Shown: positions 38,801 through 52,500 of the stretch, in pieces
Numbering within the stretch: the stretch's first letter is position 1
Layout: every line of letters starts with the position of its first letter
From: Antedon mediterranea
Lineage: Eukaryota; Animalia; Echinodermata
Length of the DNA: 64,000 bases
Assembly: GCF_964355755.1 (NCBI RefSeq)
Contig: NC_092674.1
Span: 18,786,001-18,850,000 of the forward strand
Direction: 5' to 3'
The notes under the pieces: generated by a model
Seen by the model: the letters and a program-made list of their open reading frames with translations, nothing else
Told to the model about the DNA's origin: nothing
Databases searched by the model: none
Made by a program: the position numbers and the translations under genes

Positions 38801-41800
38801 AAGATAGAAATATGGAACAATAGCGTAGTACTGAAAACTAATGTTATCAAATCTACGTTTCGCGGTACATCTAAGATAGATAAGGTAGGTATCCAAGGCG
38901 GAGATTTATACCGAAGTTTTTCCATTGTGTTTGCCTATGTCAGAATTAACCATAATTTATATATAGATTATTAGTTTCATGTCCTCTCTCTCATTAAAAT
39001 GTTGGAGCCGCATGAAAAAATTTACTATTACTATTTTTCAATAATCTAATTTTTCTAATCTAAGGAAAATAAAATAAAAAATGTGAAGAATTGATTATTT
39101 TTGGCTTTGGTCATGGAAATATGATAGGCAACCATATAATACAATGCTTTACTTGAAATATACATTTTAAATGTGTATGCCTATATTTTACCGCAGGGTT
39201 TTTATTAAGATAATAAAATAGCAAACTACAATATCAAATCTTGGAAATGAAACTATCAGTAAATTTTACTTGGTTTTTGTTAAAAATTCATTTTCACAAT
39301 GTTGGCATTAATTTCCACATAACAACTAATTGTGTAGACTAACTTTTAATGTTTTGATTCTCTAACCAATAATTTCTCATACGTTACCGCAAATTACCTC
39401 ATCAACTTTCATTATTATTTATTTATTTGATTAATTTACAAATTTGGAAGTGGGTTGTGTTTTGAATAAATAAGTACCAAATATTCTCCAATGTCCGTTA
39501 ACCAAATTTGGCTAATCAAAAATCAGTCAGGCGTTTAGGGGGCGTGCAACTGATTGTGTCGCAATCATAGATGAAACTTTTGATCTATCAGAACTCAGCA
39601 TACTGTTGCCTTGTTTTGATTTAGCTTTTGCTTTTTGGTTATTCGCGATTTGCTTTGTTTTTCTCTCTCCATTGGTAGCTTATAACAGCTTGTGATGCCA
39701 TCTTTCCGATTCCCAGAGAAAGCTGAATTATTAATTTATGTTTTCAGTTCAAAAAGATGTGACACATGGCTTGATAACTTACATATTACAGGGTACTCCT
39801 GTGTGCCAGGAATGTTGCGTGAATATACGATTACTATATTCCCCGCAATGCGAGACAGGCATTCTGTCAGAACGTAACGCCGTTATATTTAATTCCCTGT
39901 CAGGGCTTTGACACCTTGCGCGGTCAAGTGTATCACTTTGGCGCCGATTCAATTCAATTGACAATAATAATGTCGAACTGGAGGGATAATGCACGACGTA
40001 CCATCAATAGCTGCCATAGAATATAATGTACAGGCCATAGCTCTTTGTTTGTGCCCTGACCCTTCGTCGCCTTGTAAATTGTACAACCTGATTTCTCCTT
40101 CTACGTTGTTTTACAGATTGCCGATGACGGCTATTTAATTGCTGTACCTGTATAATATATGCACAATATACTGTACATAGCATGTATTGCATAAATATGT
40201 TATAAAGGAAGACAATAATCTGTAATTTAAAATTCGCCGCCATATAGCTAGACAAAAATAATAACAATAAAGGACGCCCCCTCAATAGTTATTTTGTCAG
40301 ACTTTTTATTGGCCGAATATGCCGGACTCCTTTCTCACAGAAATCCGGTATATATCGGTTATATTTCCAGCACGATAGTCTGATGAGAATATGATGAGAA
40401 CGATACCGGTATATTGCAGGCACGTCTGTGAGAAAGGGGTTTATGAGATTAAAGTTGTTGTCTGGTCGTGGATACTTTATGCTGTCTCTGCGCCTATAAC
40501 ACAGAAAACACAAAACTTTGCAGGAGCACGGTCCCTAATCAAAAATTGAAACCGAGAGACGACAAAATCAGTCAATAACGCTAATTTTGCGGCTTTCCAC
40601 TTTTAAAAAATACCGCTTTATACTTTTTTTACTATGTCCTTTTCAATATACCAAAGCTTCAGAAGAACCCATTCATAAACGAAGGCCCTGATAGAAGTTT
40701 GGTTTTATTCACCAAATAATAAGAGGGGTCTAATAAAATAAAAATAACATTAAACAAAAAATACCAACATCCATATAAACAATATAATATATAAAAAATA
40801 TATATAATAATATAACAAATACCATCATCAGAATCAATATCATCTTCATCTGGATGTAAAGACTGGCAGTCAGCTAATGCATTAAACATTGTCATTACTA
40901 AAAAATAAAAATAAATAAATTTTATATTACTTTGTTTTCCATCCCTTTAAGTTAACTAGAGATAGTAGGGATTATTCATATTTAATTGATAGTATGACAC
41001 AGTATCAGTGGTGAATGAAAGCTGAGGTAGGATAAAAGTTAAAGCAGAGACAAATTGCAAAAGTTGCAGAGGGTTATAAAAGTTAAACGAGGAAAGCAAA
41101 ATTGCCAGGGAAATATGAAATATAATAGATAGGTAACATTTGACATGTGCACATACATGAATCTTTGTCTTGAGGAACAAATCTTATTTCTGAAATTGAA
41201 TCTTCACTATCTTCCAAACCATCATCTGGTTCAAGATTCGTTGTGTTTATCATCAGGTACAGACATTCATGAGGAAAAGTTGATACATCTCTTGATACTG
41301 CATGCAATGAAATGTTTGGATACTCAAGATGGAATCCAATGTTTGCTTCATTCATCCACAACACAGAACTGTAAAAAAAATAAATAAAAAATAGAATAGT
41401 ATACAAATAATGAACGTTGATAAGCTTGATGGTGAGTCAAAATTAAATAATTTCATTAGTCCTCCCGTAGACAATCTTACATCTAACAAATGTAATATAA
41501 TGATATAGATTTATAATTGAACACAGCACAAATGTGCAATATTCGGGGTACAGCAAAAGAAGTTGTAATGAAGTCATAAAACGGGATGTAACGTCACATA
41601 CACATCAATAAAACCTTGCTACCAAACTGTCCTGAACATTGTCTACAATAGATCGTGATTATCACACACCTTAGATGGGTCTATTCTATATATTCTGGCT
41701 CGACTGTCTATTCATTCACAGACTTCACACTAATCGGGATGGCATGCCCAATGTTGTGGTATATGCATGGTATGAGTAATCTATGGTATATGTATCCCAC

Positions 41801-44800
41801 TATCCCAGTGACTGTGAGTCACTAGAAAATACATGTAGAAATTTATGAGAATGTTATTCTGTGGCTCCAAGGTTAGCTCATACCTCAAACGGTAAACATC
41901 CCTTTTTTCGTGCATAAATAATAATAATAAAAATAGCCGCTGCAGGTGGCGTGCAGGTGACTTGTTTCAGGGCCATGCCATGGCTACACTAGCTGTGGTT
42001 TGTTGTTAAATTGCAGAATTCGATTGGCTCTAAACCATCTCGGCCAAAGTCAATTCTGCCACATGTCAAGTTGACCTTATGGCAACTTGGCCATAAATCA
42101 ACTCGGCCGAAAAATAAGTCAAGTCAATACAAGCATGCATCGCGCGGATTGATATTTTCGTTTTTGTGATACACCCACTTTCGATTGATCATGAAGGGAA
42201 AACAAATGGAAGATAGTTAAATAGATAAATATGTTTTGGATAAATTAAGCCAATGTTGGATTCCATCTTGAGTATCCAAACATTTCATTGCATGCAGTAT
42301 CAAGAGATTTATCAACTTTTCCTCGTGAATGTCTGTACCGGATGATAAATACAACAAATCACAAACTTCCAACCGATCGTGAAGGTAAAACAAATAAAAG
42401 AGCCGTAACTTTTTAGCAAGAAAATATCGGGTCTTTCCTAATTTGTATTACAGATTATGACAAAAATATGAAAATATATTGAGCAATGACAGGCTACTGT
42501 AGGTCTATAGCTAGCGTACTATGATTTTCATACGTTACTACTGTTTACCAGCTAAGCCTACAAAACTAGGCCTATACTTTGTGCAATATAATGTCACATG
42601 TGTGAGGATTTGGGTGTCACGAAACCTAAGATTCCGAAAGCTAAGACCCCTAAGACCACGAAACCTAAGATCCAAGATTACTGATAATTCTCTTTCACAC
42701 CTGCCTTGTATTTTAACTATAAATTTGTTAACCAACTGTATCCTGAATTCCACACCTTAAAATTAGATGAAGAAGAATCAATAAATAACAATGAATTTAT
42801 TTAATAAATTGATGATTTTACAGAAGTTTTTCTCATGCAAATTTCGCATACTCTATGTTCATTTTGTTTCTATGGAACGCCAAAAGAGCAACATCAATAA
42901 TGGGTTAAAAACTATGTGGAATCCATCTATTTAACTCATTTTTTGGTGAAAATCATGTTCAATTAAGTATATTTTGTCACTGTTAATACAAATAAAATTT
43001 TACTGTTGATACTTTAAGAATAAAATCGACAAATTCATCATATCCCATTTGGTTGCCTTTATTACTAGGCCTAGGGTAAGTAGTGATGCTGATTTTAAGA
43101 TTGATTAATATTCTTTGAAAATAGAAAAGTATCACCAGTAAAAATATATTACTGTACAGCATTTTTATTGACAAATTGACAAAATATATTGAACAAATTA
43201 AACGTGCATTTGACCAATAAATGCATTATTTGTAGACGCAGAGTTTTTAGCCCTCTATTATTGTTGCTCTTTTGGCGCTCCATACAAACGAAAATATTGA
43301 AAGTTAAATATGTGAAAGTGTGTATAAGAAACACGTCTGTAAAATCAACAATTCTTATTTATAAATAATACCAAGTAGTTATTTGTTACTTTTTATGTGA
43401 ACCTCTTTCATAAAAGTACTTATGAGGTCTAATTCTAAGGTGTGGTATTCAGAATAAAGTTAGCTGAATTAATTTGGAGTCAAAATACAATGCAGGTGCG
43501 AAAGGGAAACACCCCCTGAAACCAACACAATGGAGTAAATATATATAAACAAACAAACCGTCCAGTTTGTTTGTTGTGAAATAAAGGTATATACTGTATT
43601 GACTCAACAGGCGAAAATCTTGTGATTTTTTTTCTGTTTGTGATAAGTATTTAATTAAATTTATGGTAAAAAGCATTAATAAATGAAACCTACTATGTTT
43701 AAAATTATTGTTTTTAAGCGGTCTTAGAATTGGTAATCTTAGGTCTTGGGTCTTAGGTTTTGTGATCTATTAGGTCTTAGGGGGTCTTACAGTGGCGGAT
43801 CTAGCAGGAGGCGTAGTGGGCGTACGTTCCCGTATTTTTTAAAGATTATTATTATTATTATTATGATTATTTTTTTAATACCCGCTCAAATACAAAATAA
43901 TGTATACGGCACCTACTGTAGATTATATACCCGAGTGCCTCATTATACCGTACCCGCGTCAGTACAGGGGTGGATTGCTATAAAACAGTCTTAACTGATG
44001 GTCTTAACTCCCCGATTAAAGCCGGCTTTATCAGATAGACGGTCTTACTAAAGCCACCCCTGTTAGACCATTGCTATAAAACAGTCTTAGATAAGACCGC
44101 GTAAAGTAACAAATTGAGGGCGTACTTTGCGCGTAGAATACCAAATAAGGTAATATTCGTCACGCTTGTTCAATTCACAATCATATAACAGTACGTACAT
44201 TTCTACGCAAGAAAATCTATTCTAGGCCTATATAAGAATAAAATCACCGTTATTATTTGATTTAACACGTTCAATTAGTTGTTTTTGACGATAAATAATA
44301 CGTAAAAGCAACAAAAGAGAGGTTTTAAGACTCCTTCGAGTAGGCTTTAATTTTAAAGACCGTTTACAGGTTTAGACCGCAGTATACAGTCTGGCGGTAT
44401 AGCAATGGTCTATAAATAAAGACTACTTGCTACGTCACGAATTATAGCCGGCTAAGCGCTAAGACCGGTTATAGACCGCTTATAGCAATCTGCCCCTGTA
44501 CCTGCAATTTTCGTAAAACGACGATGCCTTGCATAAATGTTTGACTTGCCCTCTCACATTGATTGGGGGATTGTTATTATTACCTAAAGTAGGCTAGGCC
44601 TAGATAAAAGATAGCAGCTAGGGTCAGGCCCAGTAGAGTGAGTACTAGGCCTAGGCCAAAATACCAACTAAGGCCTAGGCCCCTACTAGCATGGCCCAGA
44701 GCAGGCCTCAGTCTAGCTAGGAGCCTAGGACTAGCCAAGCTAGACTCTTCTTCTAGATAGACTACTTGCTACGCCATACCATGGAGCTATATCTCCATGA

Positions 44801-44995
44801 TTCCATGGCCATACAAGTATTAAGGTACCGTAAGGACCGTAAATTAAGGCTAGAAAATAAACCACACGTATTAAACCTTTCTGTGACATATAATGTTCCA
44901 TTTCCTTTGTTCGATTCTTTAAAATAAACATCGGTCTTATGCTGTGTATGAACAATACCCGTTGTGGGAGCCGATATCAATGTTAAAGTTGTCAT
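35865..44995 (-). CDS. CLNS1A: Methylosome subunit pICln (CLNS1A); coding exons 44995-44877, 41368-41157, 40897-40823, 36378-36250, 35920-35865; 196 aa
   Basis: GT-AG splicing gives one frame: MTTLTLISAP...GNGTLYVTESSVLW...GFHLEYPNISLHAVSRD...EIRFVPQDKDSLMTMFNALADCQSLHPD...LNAEGQAVLARL...GQFDDADNMDS*, matching pICln hallmarks. An AATAAA lies at ~35410-35415. Confidence 0.93.
36419..37570. repeat. 22/26-bp minisatellite GCAGTCAGTC(G/A)CAATCAACCTT(CCAA) in CLNS1A intron 3
   Basis: About 45 head-to-tail units with no unique spacers. Confidence 0.95.
40327..40441. mobile_element. Small palindromic MITE (~115 bp)
   Basis: CCTTTCTCACAGA...TCTGTGAGAAAGG inverted ends, with internal TATATCGGT/ACCGGTATA symmetry. 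Confidence 0.5.
42231..42360 (+). repeat. Inverted (antisense) duplicate of part of CLNS1A exon 2 inside intron 1
   Basis: 42256-42360 is the reverse complement of 41235-41339 with 5 mismatches; the first 53 nt are identical. Confidence 0.92.
42613..43790. mobile_element. Non-autonomous DNA element with inverted subterminal CTAAGA/TCTTAG repeats
   Basis: Left end GGTGTCACGAAACCTAAGA...CTAAGACCCCTAAGACC; right end GGTCTTAGGGGGTCTTA, cut by a CAGTGGCGGATC hAT-like end. Confidence 0.55.
43965..44498. mobile_element. 534-bp TA-flanked MITE
   Basis: TA-CAGGGGTGGATTGCTATAA...TTATAGCAATCTGCCCCTG-TA. Confidence 0.8.
44780..44807. mobile_element. 28-bp CATGGA..TCCATG insert with 7-bp TSD (P-element-like footprint)
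   Basis: GCCATAC-CATGGAGCTATATCTCCATGATTCCATG-GCCATAC. Confidence 0.65.
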
Positions 44996-45111
44996 TTCTA
45001 CAAATTGATTCAGTTAAAAATTCAGCCGCCATGAAAAAAAAACAACAAATGTGCCATGTGTGTGTTTACAACAGCCAGCCGTGCATCATATATTTCGTTT
45101 CTATCCCGATC

Positions 45112-47218
45112 GCGATTTTTTTTTCCGTACGAGAGTTCCTCCATCGGTTCGTTTCGGACTCAATCGACTCTCTTCGGTATTCGGTAAAGTCAGCTCACTG
45201 ATGCGTGACAACATAATACAATTTACATTTACAAACCGCGAGCTAATACTTTCACACAGGCTGTCATAATAGTAAAATGAATCTACACTAATACGAGTTT
45301 TGATGACATTAATTAATAAATATTAGGCCTACTTAGTAATTACATTAAGAACCCAATAGCATATTAAAGATATTTAGGTCGTATCAGATATTATTTTTTG
45401 AAGTTGAACGACCCTTTGTCACGAACGAAAGGCTCTTTTCTTATCGTTATGGTATTGTAGCTAGCCCATGGCTAGCCTAGCCAAGCTTGTGTAGGCCTAT
45501 GGATGCAATGTATTACTTTTGAATTTAAAATGATTATGTACATTAGAAATTCCTATGCACAGTGTATGTTTTTTATACCTTTTAAAATAATATTAAATTA
45601 ATATTTATATTGTAAGGTAATGGAAATTTTACGTTAACGATGTACGTATTATCCCCAATCATGAAAAATAAAGATTTCAGACTTTTAATAATAGGCCATT
45701 TTTGGAGTTTTAATTAAAGATGTATTGTCCCTTGAAACACAAAAAATGAAGGTCAAAATATTCTAAATTTAAATTGGCCATATCAAATTAATATTAAAGT
45801 TATTCACTTTAAGTCGAAAATTTGAGCCAAAAACAATATTAAGTTTACGTAATTAACAGGTAAATTAAATAAATTACATTTCGTCTGGAAAATCGTCGCA
45901 AAGATCGTCGTAAACAAAGATTTCAAACCACAAGTAGTATGCATTATGCATGATGCTAATTAGGATTGTTTACCACCTGTCACGGTAGAGAAGGTGTTTT
46001 CACACAGATCGCTAGGAAGTTTTATGATTATGCATACAGAGTAGCCAAACAAGCGTGTTGCATTATGAGATATGTTTTGATCGAAAACTTTGACTGGAAG
46101 TCAAAGTTATTTTTTGAACAAAAAAAAACGTCTGTATTTCAGTTAAATGATTTTTTTTTCGACTAATTTTAGGTGAAAGTTAATAACTGTTATGATACTT
46201 CAAAATGACCCACATTTTTTCGAAATATAACATTTTAAATTTTTTTTTGAATTAGTCAAAGGGACAATACATCTTTAAGTTATAGGCCTACAACTAAGAT
46301 TATTGTTTATTATGTGTATATGTAATTTGGAAAATCATAAAAAATACATGCAAAGTAAAAAACATTCAATTACGGTACTGACACGACTACAAATACATTT
46401 ATAATAACACATTTTCCAGGAAGCTTATAAGTGATACTATCATCTTATCATGAAGATCGGTTTTCTGTATTCTTATTCTTGATTTTATTTTTTTATTATG
46501 GTTTCTGAAATTAATTAAAAAAAAAAATTGTTCATTTTAATTCAAAATTTCCACCGGCCAAGATATCAATAATGATTAAATTAACACAATATTAAACGCT
46601 TTATTAAGCAAGCATGTATTTCTATACATTACAACTTACAAGAATAGGCCTACATGTTACTATGATCTATAGGCCTATAATTCATTTCAAATGTTACACT
46701 TAAAAACCCGAAGAAAAGTAATTTTCTTGATAAAAACATCTGTTAGTGTTACTGTACATATAATTTCTAACCTGCTACTTCATTTTATTAAAATAAAAAA
46801 TAGTACTGTAGCTGGAAATGTACTACATTGAAGCACACGTACGTAGGGCTAGGCTAGCTAGGCCTTGCTTGTGACGACCAACAAAGTGCTGCTGCTGTGT
46901 GTGTGTTAACTGTTTGTGAATCTGATGGTACATACATTGGTTTGTGGCTGCCTATACAGTATTATATTATTAAAATTATAGGCCTATTATTATTATTACA
47001 ATGAGGTTCAGTACTACTATTAATATGTATTATTATATTTACAGTGAGTATATTAGGCCTAGCCTAGTATGTATAAATCTGTCACTCGTGCAAAAAAGCT
47101 GCTCACGTTTTGTCTTGTGGTTGCTTTCACGCATCAGTGAGCATCGGTGGCTTACCGAATAGTGGATTGAGTCCGAAACGACCCGATGGAGGAACTCTCG
47201 TACGGAAAAAAAAATCGC
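45112..47218. mobile_element. Non-autonomous MULE/MuDR-type element with ~100-bp TIRs and 9-bp TSD
   Basis: GCGATTTTTTTTTCCGTACGAGAGTTCCTCCATCGG... at both ends, flanked by ATCCCGATC (45103-45111 and 47219-47227). Confidence 0.88.
45718..46274. mobile_element. Kolobok-type MITE, copy D, nested in the MULE-type element
   Basis: TTAA-AGATGTATTGTCCCTT...AAGGGACAATACATCT-TTAA. Confidence 0.88.
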
Positions 47219-49521
47219 ATCCCGATCGCCGTTGATTAAAACAGCGCCATCAGCAGTTTGGTTGACCTTCCAAGTTTCTGGATATCTACCACAGTGAAAC
47301 AATTATTACACAAACATTACTACACTGTACACACACTTAACATAACTTATAATAACTTTTATTTCAAAGCTTAACTTTTATTTCAAAGCTTGACGTTGAT
47401 GTCTGCAATGAACAACTTAGGCAATGGGCACTTCATCCACTATATAATGCTACAGTTCCTAAACCAAAAGTTTTCCTTTGTTTAAACATACCGTAATTAA
47501 ATATAAATGCTAGTAATTTTCTGTCTGTTTTGCCCTCTTATACACAATGAAAATTAAAAATTAATATTTGTTTAGAACTTTCCACAATAAAGATTCCTTC
47601 ATACAACAGGGTTTTCTATTTATTAGAGCCAAGTTTCTTATTGAATTACATGAATTCTTGATAATGTAAATGCTGATAGCATACTACGTATAGTATACAG
47701 TTACTAAGTAGTCAATGTCAATAAATCAAGATCACAAGATTGCGGCTGTAGTCATTGCTTTAAATACAAAATTAACTAGGTTGGTAAAACCATTTGTTGT
47801 TTGTTGATTCAAAAGAAAATCAACTATTGTATTCTACTACTAGTTAACAAAAATTAATGAAATAGTAACAGTATAGTACAAATAAAGAATATTATAATTA
47901 CAAAAACACCTATAAACCTATAAATTCAATAATACAAGAACAATACAATTCATGTTTGTTGAAACTTAACAGAAATCACAAGGCCTTAAATTAATCATAT
48001 TGATAAGATGATACCATATCCAATACAAAACAGTCAACTGTACAGAGGATAACAAAACATATTTATTCATTGGATGAAACACAAAATACAAACTTGTATC
48101 TTTACAAATAATTCTAATAAAGAATGTGCACTATATTCAACATACCTCCAAGTAATGACAACCTAAAATTATACTAAACTATTAATCAAAATCAAAATAA
48201 ACTTATAGACTAAATATATACAAATTGTTGTTCATATGAGTCATTAAATATCAATTAAATTTTGAAGACAAATACATTCATATCCGTAAGTGATGACAAA
48301 GTGTTGCTATCAGGATTGGAGGAATATCAATTACAGTTCCATCTGTATAATGATTCAGATTATTTTTGATGAAATATTAAATGAAAGCACTATACATGAA
48401 CATGTACTTATTATAACAAGACAACTTCAACAACTTTATCATTGGGTTCCTTATATTTCAATCTCTGGTTAATTTATGTTTACATTTACAACACTAGCTT
48501 TATTGACACATATAAATATTAGCAACTCCATACATTGATTTTAGTCTTACAAGAATGTTTTTAAATTCCTTACATTCGGATAAAATTACCCATTCAGTTT
48601 TTTTATACATTTCTAATAAAAAGCCAACATTGAATATTTGATTTGATTTAGAGCTACTTTGATCTATAGCAAGATGATGAGGAGTCTATTATTTATTGTA
48701 CAAATAGTCATGCATTGTTCTCATCTACTTACTATATTACAATTGCAATATTTACATGCCACATGCAAATAACTTTTAATCACCATGGTACAAAGAGGAA
48801 TTAGTGTGAATCCATTAACAAATTCCTCAAGATAAGAATATTGAATAAACCATAGGAAGTTTATTATAACTAAATAAAAACACAATATAATAGTTTATTA
48901 GTATTATATTGTCATCATCATTATAATGACTTTTTTTACAATAAAATTACTTTGTGTATTAACATTTCTTGGAAAAGGGTAGGATTACAAGCCATAAGGT
49001 AATTAACTAATCATATTGACTGAACATTTGTAATAAATATTGAAATATTGAATTTTCAATACAATATTAGGGTTTCTATAGCAACACTCATGCTAACTGC
49101 AAGTTACTTATATTCAGTAGCATTAAATTTAAATGTAATTAAAAGCACAGTGCAGGGTGAAAATGCCTCTGGTTTAGCACTCCTAAGGGGCCTACCATGC
49201 TGGGTAGTGCTCAGTGAGTGTGCATAAAGCCGATGAGTAGGATAATATTTAACAATGTAAATCAATACAATTACAACTCTTCCCAGAATGTAAGTTAAGG
49301 ACATCTAATTACTTTTTTCTTAAAAACCAATTAATTATCATAGGTGAATAAATGACAATGACAGCAAAGTTATTATGAACCTACTGTTATTATAGAATTT
49401 TAAGTAGTTTCAAAACTGTCAAATGTGATACTGAATAATACAAATATATTGTTACATATGAATGATGACTTTTCCTTTTACATTTGCCTACATACTAATT
49501 CGCCTTTCTTCACATCTTCAT

Positions 49522-52500
49522 CTATGATTGCTTGTTACTTGATTGTCCAGTACCAACATCATCATCTTCCTTTTGTTCTTCACTACTGCCTTGAGGCCGA
49601 CTTTGATTATTTAGACTGTTGTTAATTGTGTTGTTATGACGATGGATGTTCGTCATATGATGTTGCTGGTTATATGGTTGTTGATTATTTGGTACCTGCT
49701 GGTGTATCTGGTTGTTCTAAAAAAAGTAACCATTTATGTTAGTATTTAATTATGTTATAACTTTTTGTAAAGGAATAATTTCAACTTCTGTAGCTAGTAA
49801 AACTTGTCAATAGAGTGCTCATGTGAGAAATATTATGTTATGGAAACCTGTAACAAAATATTTTCTGAAATTGGATGTGCATTGATTTTCATTACGGGAG
49901 GTTTAAAGAAGGGCTTCACGAATTTCCAATCTTTTACATTAATATAGTCAGATATATGAGAATGTGAAGTTTTGTGTGTGGTACCAAAGCAGAAATGATT
50001 GAAGCCAGATGTAAGAGTTCACTAAAACTAATACTTAATGTCATAATTTCTAAATTTATCTCAGAAGGCTAAGTTTAACAAACTTGGTTTATGACAATTC
50101 ACAAATCAATACTTTAGTGGCAATTGTGGCTAATCAACAAACTATAGGTGCATATGGTCTGCAAATGTGTTATATGCCAAAAAGAAAGTTGTGCAGCTGT
50201 ACAAATTCTTTCCATATGTTTCTGCTCCAGTACAGTACCCCTTGCCCTCCCGCATGTTATTGAAAACATGAACAAAAACATAAAAAATGAAGAACAAATC
50301 AAAATCAGATTTTGAATAGGCAACTTTGTAGTTTTAACAAAGTTAATCATTTCTGTAGAAAAAAACCTTTAAAATAATGTTTCACTTATAAAATGACAAA
50401 ATAAATTCAACTAAAAACTCATTGGCTAGCAGCTAATTTAACTATTTTTCGCTTTAAATTGTTTTTTTCATGTAAATAATTTGATTTTTGATCAAATTTT
50501 TGTGAATAGCTATTACGTGACATTAAAATTGCATATTCAACAAAAAATGTAAAAACATTATTTTTTCAGGGGGACAATATATCATCAATGTTACAAACCT
50601 GTGCTGAGATGAGTTGTTGGTTATTCTGTGATTGCACTGTGTGCAGATGGTGTTGATAATGTACTGATGGCGGATCTTCTGTTGGCGAACTTTCCTGATC
50701 CTCCCCAACTTCAACCTCCTCTGGTTCCTACAAATTGAATAAAAACACACATTGGAATGAACTCCCAAATGAAATCAAAACTAACCTAAATGAACTTTTA
50801 AAACAACATTTAAGAACTTATTAAGCAACATCTAATTTTAACTAAGTTTATCTTTTCCATTTTCTATGTTCACTTGTTTTTTACCAATATTTTAATTCAG
50901 AATTTATACTATGTAATAATGTCTCTACAGAATTTATCCATTTTATTTTTACTTTTCTTTATGTTATGTTCTATTTTACAAAAATTGTTTTTACTTTTTT
51001 GCGTCTGAATTTGTTTATGTGATCCACCAGTAATATCAGTACTACGATACTGAAGGTGTCTTCACAATAAAGACAGTAATAAATCAATTCTACTATATTG
51101 CCATATTTTGTATTTATTGGCTATAGTGGAAATGTTATGAATCCATGAAAATTTCACAAGAACATTCTTTCAAGAATAAGAATTACATTTTCACAAAACA
51201 TAACTTCAAAGAAAAAAAAAGATGACAACATTTCATGAGCTACTTTACTCTACTGAGTTTTACTCAATTTGTTTTTATAAAATTAAGATTTTTCAACATT
51301 CCACCAGGTTTACCTCATCAGGACACAGTTCATAAGCTTTGGATAATGTGACTCTAGCACTGTGTGACCTTTCCAAGAAATATCCATTTGATGTTTCATT
51401 AGATTGTGCAGGTGGTGACCAATTGTTGTAAGCATACTGTGGATTGCCAGCATACGGTCGCTAGATGTACAATGACAAAAAAAAAAATTTGATTGAATTC
51501 AGCAGAAAAATTCAAGCAATAATGAATTTAATGAATTTATATTAATAATTACAGTAGGTTCAACAATTTACAATCAACCCATAGAAAACATAACTTATCA
51601 AACAAAATCTTCACAAAATTTAGATACTGAAAGTTCATACCCGTTCCAACTCATCTCCAAGCCATTCAACTGCCCAGTTCCATTTTCGCTTCAGATCACC
51701 ATTAGAGTTCAGTAATGACTGAGCGGCAGCACAACTGCTGAATAGTGCCACCATGCATTTGATGCATTGATAGGCTCTCTTCTGGTAGTGGTTCTTAGAA
51801 CGTTGTATTGTGTCAAACAGACCATCCCGATCATCTGGAATCCCTTGGATGATATAAAACATGGTATTAATGTTATTTCTTTTAAGCAATTACATAATAT
51901 TATTATATTCTAGATGGGTACTACTTAGTGGATATTTTGTGTGTAAGATACTAATTCAATTTCTGCTTTGTCACATAATTTGCATAATTCAAAATCACGG
52001 CTGTTTTGCATAACACTAACAGCTAGTTGTTTTGATAGAAGACAATACCTTTTAGGGCATTTAGGATCCTATGTGTCTGCCACGAGTCTTCTAACAATAA
52101 CATTTGAAGAAGTAGATCCAAGTAAGGTCGTAGTTCATAAGTGTAAGAGTATGCGACTTGCCATAGAAGCTCACCCAGCACTAAAGAGGAGAATTGAGGA
52201 TTTTCCCAACTGCAAAACTAATAAAAAAAAATTTTTATAAGAAATTAAAAACACTCTTAACTTGAAATACACACTCCAGAACCCATAATTCCGAATATCT
52301 GTTTATTTAAAAATATATAATATATAATAATACTAATACAGTCAACTCTCCCAATACCGGACACCTTTGGGCCGGCCAAATAAGTCTGGTTTTCCGGAAA
52401 GTCTGGTATTCGGAATGTGTTTTTAATGGTAAAAATAAATTTGGGAGCTTTTGGTCCTCAAAAAAAGTCTGGTATTGGGAGAGTTTCTGGTTTTCAGAGA

